From the human T2T-CHM13v2.0 reference genome, Homo sapiens, in the NCBI RefSeq assembly GCF_009914755.1, contig NC_060937.1: a stretch of 64,000 nt of DNA. One strand, 5' to 3'. The translations under genes and the position numbers were made by a program. Below are positions 61,701-64,000 of this stretch, in pieces; the first letter of the stretch is position 1, and every line of letters starts with the position of its first letter. The notes under the pieces are model-generated. The model did not search any database, was not told the origin of the DNA, and worked only from the letters and a program-made list of their open reading frames with translations.

Positions 61701-64000
61701 GTACATAAAATATCAAAGTACCGAAGGTATATATTCTATACTGTACAAAACATATCAAAGTACCCAAAGCATGTATTATATAGTGTACATAAAATATGAA
61801 AGCACATCAAATATATATTTTATTCTGTACATAAAATATCAAAGTACACCAAATATATATTCTATAGTGTACATAAAATATCAAAGTACCCAAACTATAC
61901 ATTATATACTGTACATAAAACATGAAATTACATCCAATATATATTATATTAGGTACATAAAATATGAAAGTACATCAAATATAAATTATATACTGTACAT
62001 AAAATACCAAAGTACCCCAAATATATATTATATACTGTACATGAAATATCAAAGTTCACAAACTATATATTATATACTGTACATAAAATATCAAAGTACC
62101 CAAGGTATATATTCTACACTGTACAAAAAATATCAAAGTACCCAAAGCATGTATTATATACTGTACATAAAATATGAAAGTACATCAAATATATATTTTA
62201 TACTGTACATAAAATATCAAAGCACACTAAATATATATTCTATAGTGTACATAAAATATCAAAGTACCCAAACTATACATTATATACTGTACATAAAATA
62301 TGAAATTACATCAAATATATATTATATTAGGTACATAAAATATGAAAGTACATCAAATATAGATTATATACTGTACATAAAATACCAAAGTACCCCAAAT
62401 ACATATAATATACTGTACATGAAATATCAAAGTTCACAAACTATATATTATATACTGTACATAAAATATCAAAGTACCCAAGGTATATATTCTATACTGT
62501 ACAAAAAATATGAAAGTACCCAAAGCATGTATTATATACTGTACACAAAATATGAAAGTACATCAAATATATATTTTATTCTGTACATAAAATATCAAAG
62601 TACACCAAATATATATTCTATAGTGTACATAAAATGTCAAAGTACCCAAACTATACATTATATACTGTACATAAAATATGAAATTACATCAAATATATAT
62701 TATATTAGGTACATAAAATATGAAAGTACATCAAATATAAATTATATACTGTACATAAAATACCAAAGTACCCCAAATATATATTATATACTGTACATGG
62801 AATATCAAAGTTCACAAACTATATATTATATACTGTACATAAAATATCAAAGTACCCAAGGTATATATTCTATACTCTACAAAAAATATCAAAGTACCCA
62901 AAGCATGTATTATATACGGTACTTAAAATATGAAAGTACATCAAATATATATTTTATTCTGTACATAAAATATCAAAGTACCCTAAGTATATATTCTATA
63001 GTGTACATAAAATATCAAAGTACCCAAACTATACATTATATACTGTACATAAAATATGAAATTACATCAAATATATATTATATTAGGTACATAAAATATG
63101 AAAGTACATCAAAGATAGATTATATACTGTACATAAAATACCAAATTCCCCCAAATACATATTATATACTGTACATGAAATATCAAAGTTCACAAACTAT
63201 ATATTATATACTGTACATAAAATATCAAAGTACCCAAGGTATATATTCTATACTGTACAAAAAATATCAAAGTACCCAAAGCAAGTATTATATACTGTAC
63301 ATAAAATATGAAAGTACATCAAATATATATTTTATTCTGTACATAAAATATCAAAGTACACCAAATATATATTCTATAGTGTACATAAAATATCAAAGTA
63401 CCCAAACTATACATTATAAACTGTACATAAAATATGAAATTACATCAAATATATACTATATTATGTACATAAAATATGAAAGTACATCAAATATAGATTA
63501 TATACTGTATGTAAAATACCAAAGTACCCAAAATAAATATTTTATACTGTACATGCAGTATCAAAGTTCACAAACTATATATTATATACTGTACATAAAA
63601 TATCAAAGTACCGAAGGTATATATTCTATACTGTACAAAAAATATCAAAGTATCCCAAGCATGTATTATATACTGTACATAAAATATGAAAGTACATCAA
63701 ATATATATTTTCTTCTGTACATAAAATATCAAAGTACACCAAATATATATTCTATAGTGTACATAAAATATAAATGTACAAAAACTATACATTATATACT
63801 GTACATAAAATATGAAATTACATCAAATATATATTATATTAGGTACCTAAAATATGAAAGTACATCAAATATAGATTATATACTGTACATAAAATACCAA
63901 AGAACCCCAAATATGTATTATATACTGTACATGAAATATCAAAGTTCACAAACTATATATTATATACTGTACATAAAATATCAAAGTACCCAAGGTATAT

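Larger units (their letters stand above)
1..64000 (+). repeat. Human satellite 1A (HSat1A / SAR) tandem array, 42-bp monomer, continuing past both window edges
   Basis: Seen: continuous 42-bp periodicity; TGTACATAAAATA and AAAGTAC motifs in almost every monomer; GTAC sites spaced 17+25 bp; the quoted monomer is 32/42 A+T with only 2 G; one orientation throughout. Established knowledge: 42-bp A(17)+B(25) RsaI units define classical human satellite I (HSat1A). No database search was run. Confidence 0.96.
1..64000 (+). repeat. 378-bp higher-order repeat of nine distinct 42-bp monomers
   Basis: Nine monomer types recur in fixed order, visible as a 126-residue pseudo-translation period. Landmarks such as AAAGTTCACAAAC, ATTAGGTAC, CCAAGGTAT and AAAGCATG occur once per about 378 bp. 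A 378-bp 9-mer is the known HSat1A HOR. Confidence 0.95.
31410..64000 (+). repeat. HSat1A subfamily R domain (mostly 378-bp HORs)
   Basis: Monomer 9 reads ACACCAAAT from about 31774; monomer 4 mostly AAATACCAAAG; TACTGTACATG predominates; no AAATAACAAAG seen; the 5-bp deletion occurs only as ATATATTAGTTA and not after about 57630. Confidence 0.85.

Noticed and set aside
1-64000. CRISPR-like array (conserved TGTACATAAAATAT alternating with variable segments)
   Set aside because: The variable parts are homologous to each other and cycle through nine fixed types instead of being unique spacers; no cas genes or leader.
1-64000. Programmed frameshifting or phase variation via the 5-bp and 1-bp indels
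   Set aside because: No coding context; the indels are inherited through block duplications, as expected for neutral satellite turnover.
1-64000. Alpha satellite, HSat2/3, HSat1B, or an AT-rich protist or organelle repeat gene
   Set aside because: No 171-bp period, CENP-B box, CATTC repeats or Alu-containing 2.4-kb unit; the 42/378-bp structure with 17+25 RsaI spacing fits HSat1A.
1-64000. Inversion, transposon insertion or unique island
   Set aside because: No reverse-complement monomers (such as ATATTTTATGTACAG), poly(A) tails or non-satellite stretches were seen on reading through; a very short insert could have been missed by eye.
1-64000. TATA-like boxes, TGTACA palindromes and polyadenylation-like hexamers as regulatory sites
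   Set aside because: Expected in an AT-rich repeat and present in hundreds of copies; no individual site can be supported as functional from sequence alone.

Overview
The whole 64 kb window is one uninterrupted, single-orientation array of AT-rich tandem satellite DNA. The basic unit is a 42-bp monomer (consensus-like copy TACATAAAATATCAAAGTACCCAAACTATACATTATATACTG) whose two GTAC sites give alternating 17- and 25-bp RsaI fragments, organised into a 9-monomer, 378-bp higher-order repeat (HOR). These properties match human classical satellite 1A (HSat1A, RepeatMasker SAR), found in pericentromeric and acrocentric short-arm heterochromatin; the chromosome cannot be assigned from the sequence alone. 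I saw no genes, RNA genes, transposon insertions, inversions or CRISPR array. The ORF track is a by-product of a monomer length divisible by 3 with one stop-free frame. The informative signal is the array architecture: two HOR subfamilies meeting at about 31.4-31.8 kb, an island of the second subfamily at about 10-13.8 kb, 373/377/378-bp HOR variants, a local 756-bp HOR, monomer-skipping junctions and nested kb-scale duplications. I found no support for a new protein-coding or defence system. Offsets come from matching ORF-track entries and diagnostic variants read by eye, so block edges are approximate. Monomer numbering used below, by pseudo-translation: 1 QSTQTIH, 2 EITSNIY, 3 ESTSNID, 4 QSTPNIY, 5 QSSQTIY, 6 QSTQGIY, 7 QSTQSMY, 8 ESTSNIYF, 9 QSTP(D/N)IYS.
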